From the NCBI GenBank assembly GCA_035541455.1, contig DATKNH010000020.1, forward strand, positions 4,985-68,984: a stretch of 64,000 bases of DNA, in the 5' to 3' direction. The DNA is from Syntrophorhabdales bacterium (GTDB lineage: Bacteria; Desulfobacterota; Syntrophorhabdia; Syntrophorhabdales; WCHB1-27). This document shows positions 1 through 8,492 of this stretch, in pieces; positions within the stretch are counted from its first letter, which is position 1; each line of letters begins with the position of its first letter. Made by a program: the position numbers and the translations under genes. Below the pieces are notes generated by a model. It ran no database searches. It saw only the letters and a program-made list of their open reading frames with translations, and was not told where the DNA came from.

Positions 1-887
1 GAGGCGGAAATCCTTCAGGGCCGGGTCTCGACTTCTACCGCTTAGTGCAGGGAGCCCAAGGCACGATGGGTATCGTAACGTGGTCCCATATCAAAATCGA
101 ATGGATGCCTAAGATAGACAAGATCCTTTTTGCACCAGTTTCAGATCTTTCGTACGCGATAGAATTTCTGCACAGGATCTTGCCACGCAGAATCGGGCAG
201 GAATGTATGGTCCTTAACAATGTGGATCTCGCGGCTATCCTTGCAGAGAAGTGGCCGGATGACTTTGACAGGCTAGCGGCAACGCTTCCTGCATGGACCT
301 TGATCCTGGTGATCAGTGGGCTTTTCCGCAGGCCTGAAGAGAAGATTGCCTACGAGGAGAAGTTCCTGAAGGAGGTTTTGCGTAACGAGTTCAGGGACCT
401 CGTGTTGACCGATGCGCTCCCTGGTTTCCCGGGCGCGGCACGCAAGCTTCTGCCTATGCTCCGCAAGCCGTGGCCAGCAGATAAGCCCTACTGGAAGCAC
501 CAGTGGAGGGGTTCCTCTCAGAGTCTCTTCTTCATCGCGAGACCTGCATCCGCACCGCTCTTTATCGACGTGGTTGAAGAAGTCGCGGCGCGGCACGGCT
601 ATCCCATAAGCGAGATCGGAGTGTACTTCCAGCCCATAGAGCACAATCGGGCATGCCAGCTGGAGTTTACCTTTTTCTATCACGAGGACGAGGCAGCAGT
701 GATCGCAGGACTCTATCGCGACGCTGCCCAGGCATTGATGAACGAAGGTGCTTTTTTCTCCAGGCCCTACGGTGAGCTTGCGCCTATGGTCTATGAGCGT
801 GCGGCGGGTTACGGCGCCGCACTGAAACGGGTGAAAAAGGTGTTCGATCCCAAGAACATCATGAACCCGGGAAATCTCTGTTTCTAA
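1..887 (+). CDS. FAD-linked oxidase (GlcD / D-lactate dehydrogenase-like), C-terminal part; 5' end lies outside the window
   Basis: Frame 3 is open from base 3, with no stop before the listed Met at 45. It contains ..GAQGTMGIVT.. (end of a PCMH-type FAD domain) and the C-terminal ..VKKVFDPKNIMNPGNLCF typical of FAD-oxidase C-terminal domains. An Fe-S partner gene follows 10 nt downstream. Confidence 0.8.
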   Translation, partial: GGNPSGPGLDFYRLVQGAQGTMGIVTWSHIKIEWMPKIDKILFAPVSDLSYAIEFLHRILPRRIGQECMVLNNVDLAAILAEKWPDDFDRLAATLPAWTLILVISGLFRRPEEKIAYEEKFLKEVLRNEFRDLVLTDALPGFPGAARKLLPMLRKPWPADKPYWKHQWRGSSQSLFFIARPASAPLFIDVVEEVAARHGYPISEIGVYFQPIEHNRACQLEFTFFYHEDEAAVIAGLYRDAAQALMNEGAFFSRPYGELAPMVYERAAGYGAALKRVKKVFDPKNIMNPGNLCF

Positions 888-897
888 GGAGGAGACG

Positions 898-2187
898 ATG
901 CCAACCACACAATTCAGTTTAGATATAAAGAAGCTCGACAATTTCGCGTATGATATGAGCCGGTGCATCAAGTGCAAAGGCTGCTACTGGGTGGAACATA
1001 CCTATATGCCCGGCGTGCGTTTCAGCACCCGCTGCCCCAGCAACACCTGGAACGATTTTGACGCCTACGGCGCTTTTGGAAAAATGAGGATCGGGCTGGC
1101 AATGATCGAAGGTAAGCTGAAGTGGTCTCCCAAGCTTCTGGAGATCATCTATGCTGACCCCCTCTGCGGAGCCTGCGATGTGGGTTGCAAGAGAAACCTT
1201 GACCTGGAGATCGGTCTCAGCCTGGAAGCGATGAGAGTCAAGGCAGTGCAGGAGGGTGCAGGCCCTATGCCTGCCCATAAGAAGGTTGCCGAGAACATTG
1301 CAAAAACCCATAACCAGTTCGGCGCACCCCACGAAAACAGGAAGAAATGGCTCACTGCAGATATCAAGATTGCAGAAAAGGCCGACGTTCTCTACTTTGT
1401 GGGCTGCTCTGCTTCATATGTAGCCCCTGAAATAGCCAGATCCGCAGCAAAAGTCCTCAACGCAGCCAATATATCTTTCATGCTCATGCCGGACGAGTGG
1501 TGCTGCGGCAACACACTCTTCTCAGTCGGTATGCTTGATGAGGCTCGCGAACTGGCAAAACGGAATATAGAAGCTGTCAAGGCGACGGGCGCCAAGACAG
1601 TGATGCTCACGTGTGCGGAAGGCTACCGGATGTGGAAAGTTGATTATCCGAAGCTTCTCAACATCTCCACAGCCGAACTGGGCTTCAATGTAGTGCACTT
1701 TGTGGAAGCCGCCGATGAAGCGCTCAAGAAGGGCACACTACGGCTTTCGAAACCTCAAAATGTTAGGCTTGCCTACCATGATTCCTGCGGCATTTCGCGT
1801 CTCGCCGACCCATGGACGCCCTATTCGGGCGAGCGTGGCTGGATGGGTACAGTGAACCCACGTCTCAAGAGACGCCGTGGAACGTCCGGGCTGTACGCGC
1901 AGCCGAGAAACCTCATAGCTGCAATTCCTGGCGCCAGCTTTGTTGAGATGCCGCGGACGCGGGAGAACTCCTTCTGCTGCGGTGCCGGCCGGGGAACCAA
2001 AGAGGCGTTTCCCGATCTGGCCTCCTTTTCCGCAAAACACCGTCTGGAAGAGGTCCGGGAAGTGGGTGCCGAGACTTTAGTCTCAGCCTGCCCCTGGTGC
2101 AAGAATAATTTCAGCCAGGCGGTCAGACAGAATGGGGATAACATCAAAGTAGTCGATATCGCCGAGCTCATCTCGGCGTCGCTGTAG
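898..2187 (+). CDS. (Fe-S) CCG-domain oxidoreductase, GlcF/HdrD-like
   Basis: AGGAGG lies just upstream of the ATG. N-terminal Cys clusters (CIKCKGCYW, CGACDVGC) are followed by CCG-type motifs (EWCCGN, FCCGAGRG, ACPWCKNN). Confidence 0.85.
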   Translation: MPTTQFSLDIKKLDNFAYDMSRCIKCKGCYWVEHTYMPGVRFSTRCPSNTWNDFDAYGAFGKMRIGLAMIEGKLKWSPKLLEIIYADPLCGACDVGCKRNLDLEIGLSLEAMRVKAVQEGAGPMPAHKKVAENIAKTHNQFGAPHENRKKWLTADIKIAEKADVLYFVGCSASYVAPEIARSAAKVLNAANISFMLMPDEWCCGNTLFSVGMLDEARELAKRNIEAVKATGAKTVMLTCAEGYRMWKVDYPKLLNISTAELGFNVVHFVEAADEALKKGTLRLSKPQNVRLAYHDSCGISRLADPWTPYSGERGWMGTVNPRLKRRRGTSGLYAQPRNLIAAIPGASFVEMPRTRENSFCCGAGRGTKEAFPDLASFSAKHRLEEVREVGAETLVSACPWCKNNFSQAVRQNGDNIKVVDIAELISASL

Positions 2188-2197
2188 GAGGTGAATC

Positions 2198-3811
2198 ATG
2201 GCAATATCGAAAAAAGCATACAACGCATTAGAATCCATCGTCGGCGCCAAATACATCACCGATGATCCGGCGGTGTGCGAAGGCTACAGGTCAGGGCCGG
2301 GAGGTTACGAAAGTGGTCTCGGCTATGAACGGGTCATGACCAAGATACCCGCCTGTGTGGTCCTCCCGCGCACGACCGAAGAGGTGCAGCGCATTGTCAA
2401 AGTATGTAACCGCTACAGCGTGCCTTACGTTCCCTACAGCACTGGTTTTTACGGCCCTCGCTCCCACTGTCACGTGGAGAACGAGCTTCTCGTGGACTTG
2501 AAGCGCCTTAACGACTTTGAAATAGATGAGAAGCATATGTACGCGGTGGTAGGTTCGGGCGTCATCTATTCTCCTCTCCAGGAAGAAGCGATGAAGCGTG
2601 GCATGTATGTGATTATTGGCGGTGGCGGCGCGCAGGCATCCGTTATCGCGAACCTTATAGGTGATGGCTGGTCGCCGCTCTCTCACCGTATCGGTCTTCC
2701 CCACAGACGCATCCTTGGTACGGAGCTGGTGCTGCCCGACGGTGAGCTGGTAAAGATGGGCTCCCTTGCGGTAGGAGAGGATCCTTTCTGGGGGGATGGC
2801 CCTGGTCCTGATTTACGGGGGCTTCTCAGGGGGTTTACGGGCCTGCGAGGCTGTCTCGGCATCGTAACCAAGATGGCTGTCAAACTTCTCCCGTTCCAAC
2901 CGGAAAAGCCGATGCCCACAGGCATCGCTCCCAACACGGCGCTTGCCCTTCCGGAGCATCGGATGAAATGGATCAACTACCAGGTGCCGAACAAGGCTGC
3001 CCAGGTTAAGGCAATGTTCGAGATTTCGAAAGCCGAAATCGCGGGGGCGGTCACCAAGGTGCCGCTGTTCTGGAGGGCCATTGCCAAGGCAGAATGCAAG
3101 GAAGAGTTCTGGGATTTGTGGGGTAAGGAAAATGAAGAAACGATCAAAAACTTTCACATCGTTCGCGTCCTGCTCATCGGTTTCACCTCTGAGGAGCAGA
3201 TGAAGTACGATGAAAACGTCCTCAACGACATCATGGCGGAGCTTGGTTCCCAGCCGCGTGCCACTAAGCCGTCGGACGAGTCATGGATCAAGAACGCCGA
3301 TTCTGCGGGCATGTGGCTTATGTGCGGCTCGTATGTCTCGGTCGACTACATTATCGAGACGCTGTCGCATGCTGTGCAGCACGGAGAGGCATACGCGGAT
3401 CTCAAGAAAAAGTATACACCACCCCTCATGCCCGACTATGGCGACCCGGGCTGGTTCCAGAGCTTCGAACTGGGTCATCAGGGTTATTCTGAGTTCTTGG
3501 TTTATTGGGACCAGGATGAGGACACCACCGGCGTGGATCACTTCTACGTCGAGACATCTAAGATGAATATCAGGAACCGTTTCTACACCTCGCTGCTTGG
3601 ACCGCATCAGCCTCTCTACCTCACCGGGCCAAAGTACGGGCCGAACTATCATCAGTGGCTGCTCAAGGTGAAGGATGAGTTTGATCCGCTGTGGGTCTGT
3701 CATCCACCGACACCGCTGGCACATGATGTCTTTGTGGAAAAGGCCGAATGGATGAAATCGATCAAAGATTGGGAAGTACCGAAGAAGTTCCCCATGCCCA
3801 AGTGGGAATAA
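2198..3811 (+). CDS. FAD-binding oxidoreductase (GlcE/GlcD-like second flavoprotein subunit)
   Basis: GGAGG RBS. The N-terminal half looks like a PCMH FAD-binding domain (..VVLPRTTEEVQRIVKVCNRYSVPYVPYSTG.., ..LRGCLGIVTKM..). The 537-aa ORF is tightly linked to the preceding Fe-S gene. Confidence 0.75.
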   Translation: MAISKKAYNALESIVGAKYITDDPAVCEGYRSGPGGYESGLGYERVMTKIPACVVLPRTTEEVQRIVKVCNRYSVPYVPYSTGFYGPRSHCHVENELLVDLKRLNDFEIDEKHMYAVVGSGVIYSPLQEEAMKRGMYVIIGGGGAQASVIANLIGDGWSPLSHRIGLPHRRILGTELVLPDGELVKMGSLAVGEDPFWGDGPGPDLRGLLRGFTGLRGCLGIVTKMAVKLLPFQPEKPMPTGIAPNTALALPEHRMKWINYQVPNKAAQVKAMFEISKAEIAGAVTKVPLFWRAIAKAECKEEFWDLWGKENEETIKNFHIVRVLLIGFTSEEQMKYDENVLNDIMAELGSQPRATKPSDESWIKNADSAGMWLMCGSYVSVDYIIETLSHAVQHGEAYADLKKKYTPPLMPDYGDPGWFQSFELGHQGYSEFLVYWDQDEDTTGVDHFYVETSKMNIRNRFYTSLLGPHQPLYLTGPKYGPNYHQWLLKVKDEFDPLWVCHPPTPLAHDVFVEKAEWMKSIKDWEVPKKFPMPKWE

Positions 3812-3833
3812 AGAGAGCAGACAAAGAACTTAA

Positions 3834-3870
3834 CAAGGGGCGGATAACGGAATCCGCCCCTTGTCTTTCT
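3834..3870 (+). terminator. Rho-independent terminator after the glcD/F/E-like operon
   Basis: A 12-bp perfect stem pairs caaggggcggat (3834-3845) with atccgccccttg (3852-3863) around a 6-nt loop, followed by the T-rich tctttct. Confidence 0.7.
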
Positions 3871-3931
3871 GGGTGAGCCGAAAGCTCAAGCATCGTGCCG
3901 GTGATGAGGCCCTGCAGCGTTCGGCCATTTC

Positions 3932-3960
3932 TTGCTAAATTGTCAGAGCCGTTGTAGATT
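3932..3960 (+). promoter_or_regulatory. Putative sigma-70-type promoter for the histidine kinase/regulator pair
   Basis: TTGCTA (3932-3937), a 17-nt spacer, then TAGATT (3955-3960), about 40 nt upstream of the ATG at 3999. Hexamer matches are only partial. Confidence 0.3.
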
Positions 3961-3998
3961 AGAAAAACTCTTCTTGACTCAGCACGGCGAAAGCTTCT

Positions 3999-5498
3999 AT
4001 GAAGGTTACTACCAGAATCATGGAGTCGATCATCGACTCCCTCTCAGCAGGGATTTGGATAGTCAACTCGCAACTGGAGGTTGAATGGATAAACACGCGC
4101 GGATTTCGATGTCTCTGCCGCGAAGAATTGGCAGCGTTAGAAGATAAGCGTTGCTTTAGAAAAATCTTCGGCATGCGCGAGATATGCGAGGACTGTCCTG
4201 TCTTGAAAACCTTCGGCAGTGGCCGCACGGAGCATCTGGATATAAAGCTTGAATACGAAGGACAATCGAAGCATTTTGTGCTGACCGCAACCCCTCTGCA
4301 GCGAAAAGGACAGAAATCCTTTACGCACGTGATCGAGATGATTCAGGACGTGACCATGCATCAGAGGATCGGCGAGGAACTCCGCCGCCTCAATGAACTG
4401 CAGACAGCCATTATTGAGAATGCACCGGTCGCAATATTTACCATCGACAAGAAAGGGGTTTTTACAAGTGTTAATCCGGCGCTGGCAGCGATTTCCGACC
4501 TCGGCTTCAAGGCGCGAGAGAAGCTCATGGGGTTTAACTGGCTTGAGAATTCTTACACGATAAAGTGCGGCCTTGCCGAGCGCATACAAAAAGGCCTCGA
4601 GGGGGAGGCATTTCAGCTTGATGATTTTCCATTTGTCACGTACCGCGGGAGAAATCAGTTCATAAATTTCAAGGGGGTGCCTCTTCGCGATAAAAAAGGG
4701 GAGGTGGAAGGCCTGCTCTGTATAATAGAGGAGACTACAGATAGGGTCAGGACCAGGGTGCAGCTGATTCAGGAGGCGCGCATGTCCGCAATAGGCAGGC
4801 TTGCGACAGGCGTCGCCCATGAACTGAGCAATCCTCTCGCGACCATCACGGCCCATTCGGAACTGGCGCATGAACTTCTTCAGCAATGCGACAATAGAGG
4901 CCTGGAAAGAGCAGACCTGCAGGACCTCTCAGAGTATCTGGAGGTGATTCAGGAGCAGGCATTCCGATGCAAGAAAACCATCAAGAACCTGCTCGACTTG
5001 AACCGCAGAAACGGATTTGAAACAGCCCCGATCGATTTGGGCCGGTTGATTGATGACCTTGTCGAGCTGATCAACTTTAAAAAGATGAAGATACGACTGG
5101 TGAGCGATGTCGCTCCTGACCTGCCTCGCGTAAAAGGAGATCTCTACGCATTGCGGCAGACATTTTTGAATGTCTTAAATAATGCAATCGACGCGGTGGA
5201 GGAAAGAGCTGACGCTCAAATATCTATCAAGGCCTGGCCGGAGGGATCAGCTGTCCATATTGAGATTGAGGACAACGGAGCGGGCATTCCGGAGAACATA
5301 GTCGATTTGGTTTTCGAGCCCTTCTTTACAACCAAGGGTTCACAGAAAGGCACCGGCCTTGGTTTGACGCTTTGCTACGAGTTTCTCAGTAAAATGGGTG
5401 GCACAATCGAGATAAGCAACCGTGCGGGCGGAGGAAGCGTGTGCCGCATCATCCTCTGTCCCTGGACAGAGGATGAGAGCTTGGAGCAAACGGTATGA
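3999..5498 (+). CDS. Soluble sensor histidine kinase with a Cys-rich N-terminal PAS-like domain and a second PAS domain
   Basis: H-box HELSNPLATI, N-box LNNAIDA, G-boxes DNGAGI and GTGLGL. No hydrophobic transmembrane stretch is visible. Cys residues sit at positions 38, 40, 52, 63 and 66 (..RCLC..KRCF..ICEDCP..). Confidence 0.85.
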   Translation: MKVTTRIMESIIDSLSAGIWIVNSQLEVEWINTRGFRCLCREELAALEDKRCFRKIFGMREICEDCPVLKTFGSGRTEHLDIKLEYEGQSKHFVLTATPLQRKGQKSFTHVIEMIQDVTMHQRIGEELRRLNELQTAIIENAPVAIFTIDKKGVFTSVNPALAAISDLGFKAREKLMGFNWLENSYTIKCGLAERIQKGLEGEAFQLDDFPFVTYRGRNQFINFKGVPLRDKKGEVEGLLCIIEETTDRVRTRVQLIQEARMSAIGRLATGVAHELSNPLATITAHSELAHELLQQCDNRGLERADLQDLSEYLEVIQEQAFRCKKTIKNLLDLNRRNGFETAPIDLGRLIDDLVELINFKKMKIRLVSDVAPDLPRVKGDLYALRQTFLNVLNNAIDAVEERADAQISIKAWPEGSAVHIEIEDNGAGIPENIVDLVFEPFFTTKGSQKGTGLGLTLCYEFLSKMGGTIEISNRAGGGSVCRIILCPWTEDESLEQTV

Positions 5499-6844
5499 TT
5501 CGCGTGCTCATTGTTGACGACGAAACGCGCCTGGTAGAAGCATTCAGCAAGAAGCTCACTCACGAAGGTATGAGCATTTCAACAGCCTCCAGCGCTGCGG
5601 AAGCCTTAGCGCTGGTCAAAGGAGAACCGTTTGACGTCTGTGTCCTGGACATAAGACTCACAGACATGGATGGCATAGGGCTTCTAGCGAAGCTCAAAGA
5701 AATGCAGCCGCTGCTTGAAGTGATTATGTTGACGGGCTACGCATCGGTGGATAGCGCGATCCGCTCGATGAAGCTCGGAGCTTACGATTATCTGACAAAA
5801 CCCACAAAGCTGTCTGTGCTCTCAAAAGTAATCGTCAAGGCTCATGAAAAGAAAGCGTTGCGTGAAAAGAATATCATCCTTGAAGAGCAGCTCCATCGAG
5901 CTGAGTTCCGCGATGCTTTTATCGGAGAAAGCAGGCCCATAGCAGAAGTGAAGCGGCTCATCGGCGTCGTAGCCTCGACCAATACTCCCGTATTGATTGT
6001 GGGTGAGACGGGAACAGGGAAGGAATTGGTGGCGCGCGCTATCCATGACATGAGCCATCGGGCGCATAATCCCTTTGTGGCTGTCAATTCGAGCACATTC
6101 CAGGAAGCCATTCTCGAAAGCGAGCTCTTCGGTCACAAGAAGGGAGCCTTTACTGGCGCAGATGCTGACAAGCTGGGTCTCCTGGAAATTGCAAACGGGG
6201 GCACGTTCTTCATGGATGAAGTGGGTGACATGGGTCCTACCATCCAGGCAAAGCTGCTCAGAGTGCTGGAAGCGGGGGTTTTCAGAAAAGTAGGAGATAC
6301 CAGGGAGATTAGCGTGGATGTGCGGTTCATATGCGCTACAAATAGAGATCTGGACCGCGAAGTTGATGAAAAGAAGTTCCGTAAAGACCTGTTTTACAGG
6401 CTCAACACCTTTACCATTGCCGTTCCGCCTCTCAGGGAACGAAAAGAGGACATTCCCCTCCTGGTCGACTATTTTCTTGGAAAGCAGGCGAGGGGCGGCG
6501 TCTCCAAGACGGTGTCACCTGACACAATGCAGGCATTGCTTAATTACCGGTGGCCGGGCAATGTGAGGGAGTTGGCCAATGTGCTGGAGAGAGCGGTGCT
6601 GCTTTCAGGGTCACGGTCTGAGGTTGCCCTTGACCTTCTGCCGGAAAACGTTCTAGCCAATCGGTTGGCGGTCGATGATCGGAAGGATGATCACCATCTC
6701 CGCCGGGGTGTTGTGGAGCTTACGGCTATGGAAAAGACATACATCGAAGATGTCCTCAGATCGGTCGGCGGCAACAAGAGCAAGGCCGCGCGACTCCTGG
6801 GGATCAGCAGAAAACGGCTTTACAGTAAGATCAACGAAAGCTAG
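5495..6844 (+). CDS. Sigma-54-dependent Fis-family response regulator (NtrC type)
   Basis: ATGA overlap with the kinase stop. It has a receiver domain (..VCVLDIRLTDMDG..), an AAA+ Walker A (GETGTGKE), the GAFTGA sigma-54 contact motif (KKGAFTGA) and a C-terminal HTH (KSKAARLLGISRKRLYSKI). Confidence 0.9.
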   Translation: MIRVLIVDDETRLVEAFSKKLTHEGMSISTASSAAEALALVKGEPFDVCVLDIRLTDMDGIGLLAKLKEMQPLLEVIMLTGYASVDSAIRSMKLGAYDYLTKPTKLSVLSKVIVKAHEKKALREKNIILEEQLHRAEFRDAFIGESRPIAEVKRLIGVVASTNTPVLIVGETGTGKELVARAIHDMSHRAHNPFVAVNSSTFQEAILESELFGHKKGAFTGADADKLGLLEIANGGTFFMDEVGDMGPTIQAKLLRVLEAGVFRKVGDTREISVDVRFICATNRDLDREVDEKKFRKDLFYRLNTFTIAVPPLRERKEDIPLLVDYFLGKQARGGVSKTVSPDTMQALLNYRWPGNVRELANVLERAVLLSGSRSEVALDLLPENVLANRLAVDDRKDDHHLRRGVVELTAMEKTYIEDVLRSVGGNKSKAARLLGISRKRLYSKINES

Positions 6845-6892
6845 AAACTTTTATTCAGAAATATCAACTACTCGGTTCTGGTCGCTCACTTC

Positions 6893-8041
6893 TCAAGAGC
6901 GTTGCAACAGCTTTCTTCCAATCAGTACCTTCTCCACCTCCTTGGTGCCTTCAAAAATCTCAAGCACCTTGGCATCCCTCCAGTAATGCTCCACATCATA
7001 CTCTTTGAGGATGCCGTAGCCTCCGTGGAGCTGTATTGATTCATCCGATACTTTGACCGCTATTTCGCATGTGTACCACTTGGCCATCGCGATCAGCGCG
7101 GGGTCTACTTCGCCCCGATCCACTGCGAGAGCCGCGCGATAGAGAAGACTCCTGCCCGCCTCTACCAGCGTAGCCATTTCTGCAATCTTGGCCTGCACAA
7201 TCTGGAGACTGGCGAGCGTCCCGCCAAACGCTTTCCGCTTGCGAACATGTGCTATCGCTTTATCGAGAGCTCCCTGCGCCGTGCCGACCGCAAGGCCGGC
7301 CCCGCCGTCAAGGCGCGCACGATTGAAAAAATCCATGAGCTGGTAAAAGCCTCTACCCTCAACGCCCACGAGGTTTTCCTTCGGAACCCGCACATCTTTA
7401 AATGCGACTTCGCAGGTATCGGAGCACCTTATTGAGAGTTTACCATGGAGCCTGTTCGCTTCGTATCCGGGTCGATCGGTTTCCACGATGATCGTGCTGA
7501 GGCGATCGTGCTTCCGCGGATTCTTTGGGTCGGTAACGCAAAGCACCAGAAGAAAGTTGCCTATGCTGCCATTGGTGATGAACATTTTATTTCCTGAAAT
7601 GACGTAGTCATCACCATCTTTGACAGCGGTGGTCGTGATAGCCGCCACGTCGCTCCCTGCGTCGGGTTCGGTGGACGCCATACCCGCTCGCCACGTTCCC
7701 TCGCACACAGGACGCAGGTATTTCTGTTTCTGGCTTTCTGTTCCGAAAAGCTTTATCAACTGCGTGCCGAAATAGGAAGCCACCATGCACTGCGCGATAC
7801 CCGTATCTACCCTTGCAAACTCTTCTATAACAAGGCATTGTTCGAAATGGCCCAGGCCTGCTCCTCCGTATTGTTCCTCTATGAACATTCCGAGAAATCC
7901 AAGCTCAGCCGCTTTCTTCCAGAGCTTGTCGTCGAAGCGCTCGTTATCGTCCAGCTCGCGGGCCACATCCCTGAACTCTTTTTCTGCAAATTCACACGCA
8001 GCCTGTTTGATATCTCTCTGTTCCGGGGTAAGTTCGAACAT
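6893..8041 (-). CDS. Acyl-CoA dehydrogenase
   Basis: Typical ACAD N-terminus MFELTPEQRDIKQAA.. preceded by AAGGAGG. Also ..TEPDAGSD.. and a C-terminal ..EIFEGTKEV.. The listed longer ORF (to 8110) would add 23 residues with no RBS. Confidence 0.9.
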   Translation of the reverse strand: MFELTPEQRDIKQAACEFAEKEFRDVARELDDNERFDDKLWKKAAELGFLGMFIEEQYGGAGLGHFEQCLVIEEFARVDTGIAQCMVASYFGTQLIKLFGTESQKQKYLRPVCEGTWRAGMASTEPDAGSDVAAITTTAVKDGDDYVISGNKMFITNGSIGNFLLVLCVTDPKNPRKHDRLSTIIVETDRPGYEANRLHGKLSIRCSDTCEVAFKDVRVPKENLVGVEGRGFYQLMDFFNRARLDGGAGLAVGTAQGALDKAIAHVRKRKAFGGTLASLQIVQAKIAEMATLVEAGRSLLYRAALAVDRGEVDPALIAMAKWYTCEIAVKVSDESIQLHGGYGILKEYDVEHYWRDAKVLEIFEGTKEVEKVLIGRKLLQRS

Positions 8042-8090
8042 TGCCGCCTCCTTGGAGTTTTTCAAACCACCAGATCCGATAGGTTTACGA

Positions 8091-8106
8091 TACAAGTGCC
8101 GTGCCA
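8091..8106 (-). promoter_or_regulatory. Candidate sigma-54 (-24/-12) promoter for the acyl-CoA dehydrogenase
   Basis: The minus strand reads TGGCAC-GGCAC-TTGTA. The -24 element is perfect and the spacing correct, but -12 is GT instead of GC. It ends about 50 nt upstream of the start at 8041. Confidence 0.4.
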
Positions 8107-8191
8107 GCACGGTCGCAGCTCATGCAAAGGTAGTCAGCCCTGTTTAGAAGCGCAGGAACAAGAAATGAGGCATTGGAGAAACTACGCGGGA

Positions 8192-8217
8192 GTGTGTAGA
8201 GTTGATACACCTGTGTA
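8192..8217. promoter_or_regulatory. Candidate enhancer (UAS) repeats in the divergent control region
   Basis: GTGTA (8194-8198), N7, TACAC (8206-8210), CT, GTGTA (8213-8217). A second inverted pair, TGTCAC (8265-8270) and GTGACA (8306-8311), lies nearby. Both sit 100-230 nt upstream of the two sigma-54-like promoters. Confidence 0.3.
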
Positions 8218-8407
8218 TCGAAACGAAACAACAGGTGCAGTTCCCCCCAAGGGATGAGAAGCGGTGTCACGTGTTCAAAAAGTCTGAATTGAGACTCAAC
8301 TGAAAGTGACACAATGCATCTATTACGCGCTGTACCGCGCCTATCTCTGGTTTAATAGATCTGTGCAGCGCGCCCATAGCCCAAAGATCTGGAGCCCCTT
8401 CAAAGCT

Positions 8408-8423
8408 GGGCATTGTACTTGCT
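8408..8423 (+). promoter_or_regulatory. Candidate sigma-54 (-24/-12) promoter for the CoA ligase-TRAP-Etf-Hdr gene string
   Basis: gGGCAt-tgtac-TTGCt with the exact GG-N10-GC spacing, 70 nt upstream of the ATG at 8493. A GAFTGA-containing activator is encoded next door. Confidence 0.55.
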
Positions 8424-8492
8424 CTTCTTTTCCGATTGAGGAATATAGGGAAGAGGAGTATTGTATAAAACGGGGTCGTCAGGAGATAAGAA

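Noticed and set aside
8042-8110. The 23-codon N-terminal extension of the acyl-CoA dehydrogenase implied by the listed ORF start at 8110. The same issue applies to extended starts listed for dctP (10073), dctM (11646), etfA (14793), hdrA (18423), hdrB (22161), bamA (36635), the phosphorylase (39778) and DoxX (61287).
   Set aside because: For most of these, internal starts are preceded by good Shine-Dalgarno sequences, give canonical family N-termini, and remove long overlaps with upstream genes. The Shine-Dalgarno is weak or absent for the bamA and phosphorylase internal starts, where the N-terminus is the only support. The 8110 start would also overlap the sigma-54-like element.
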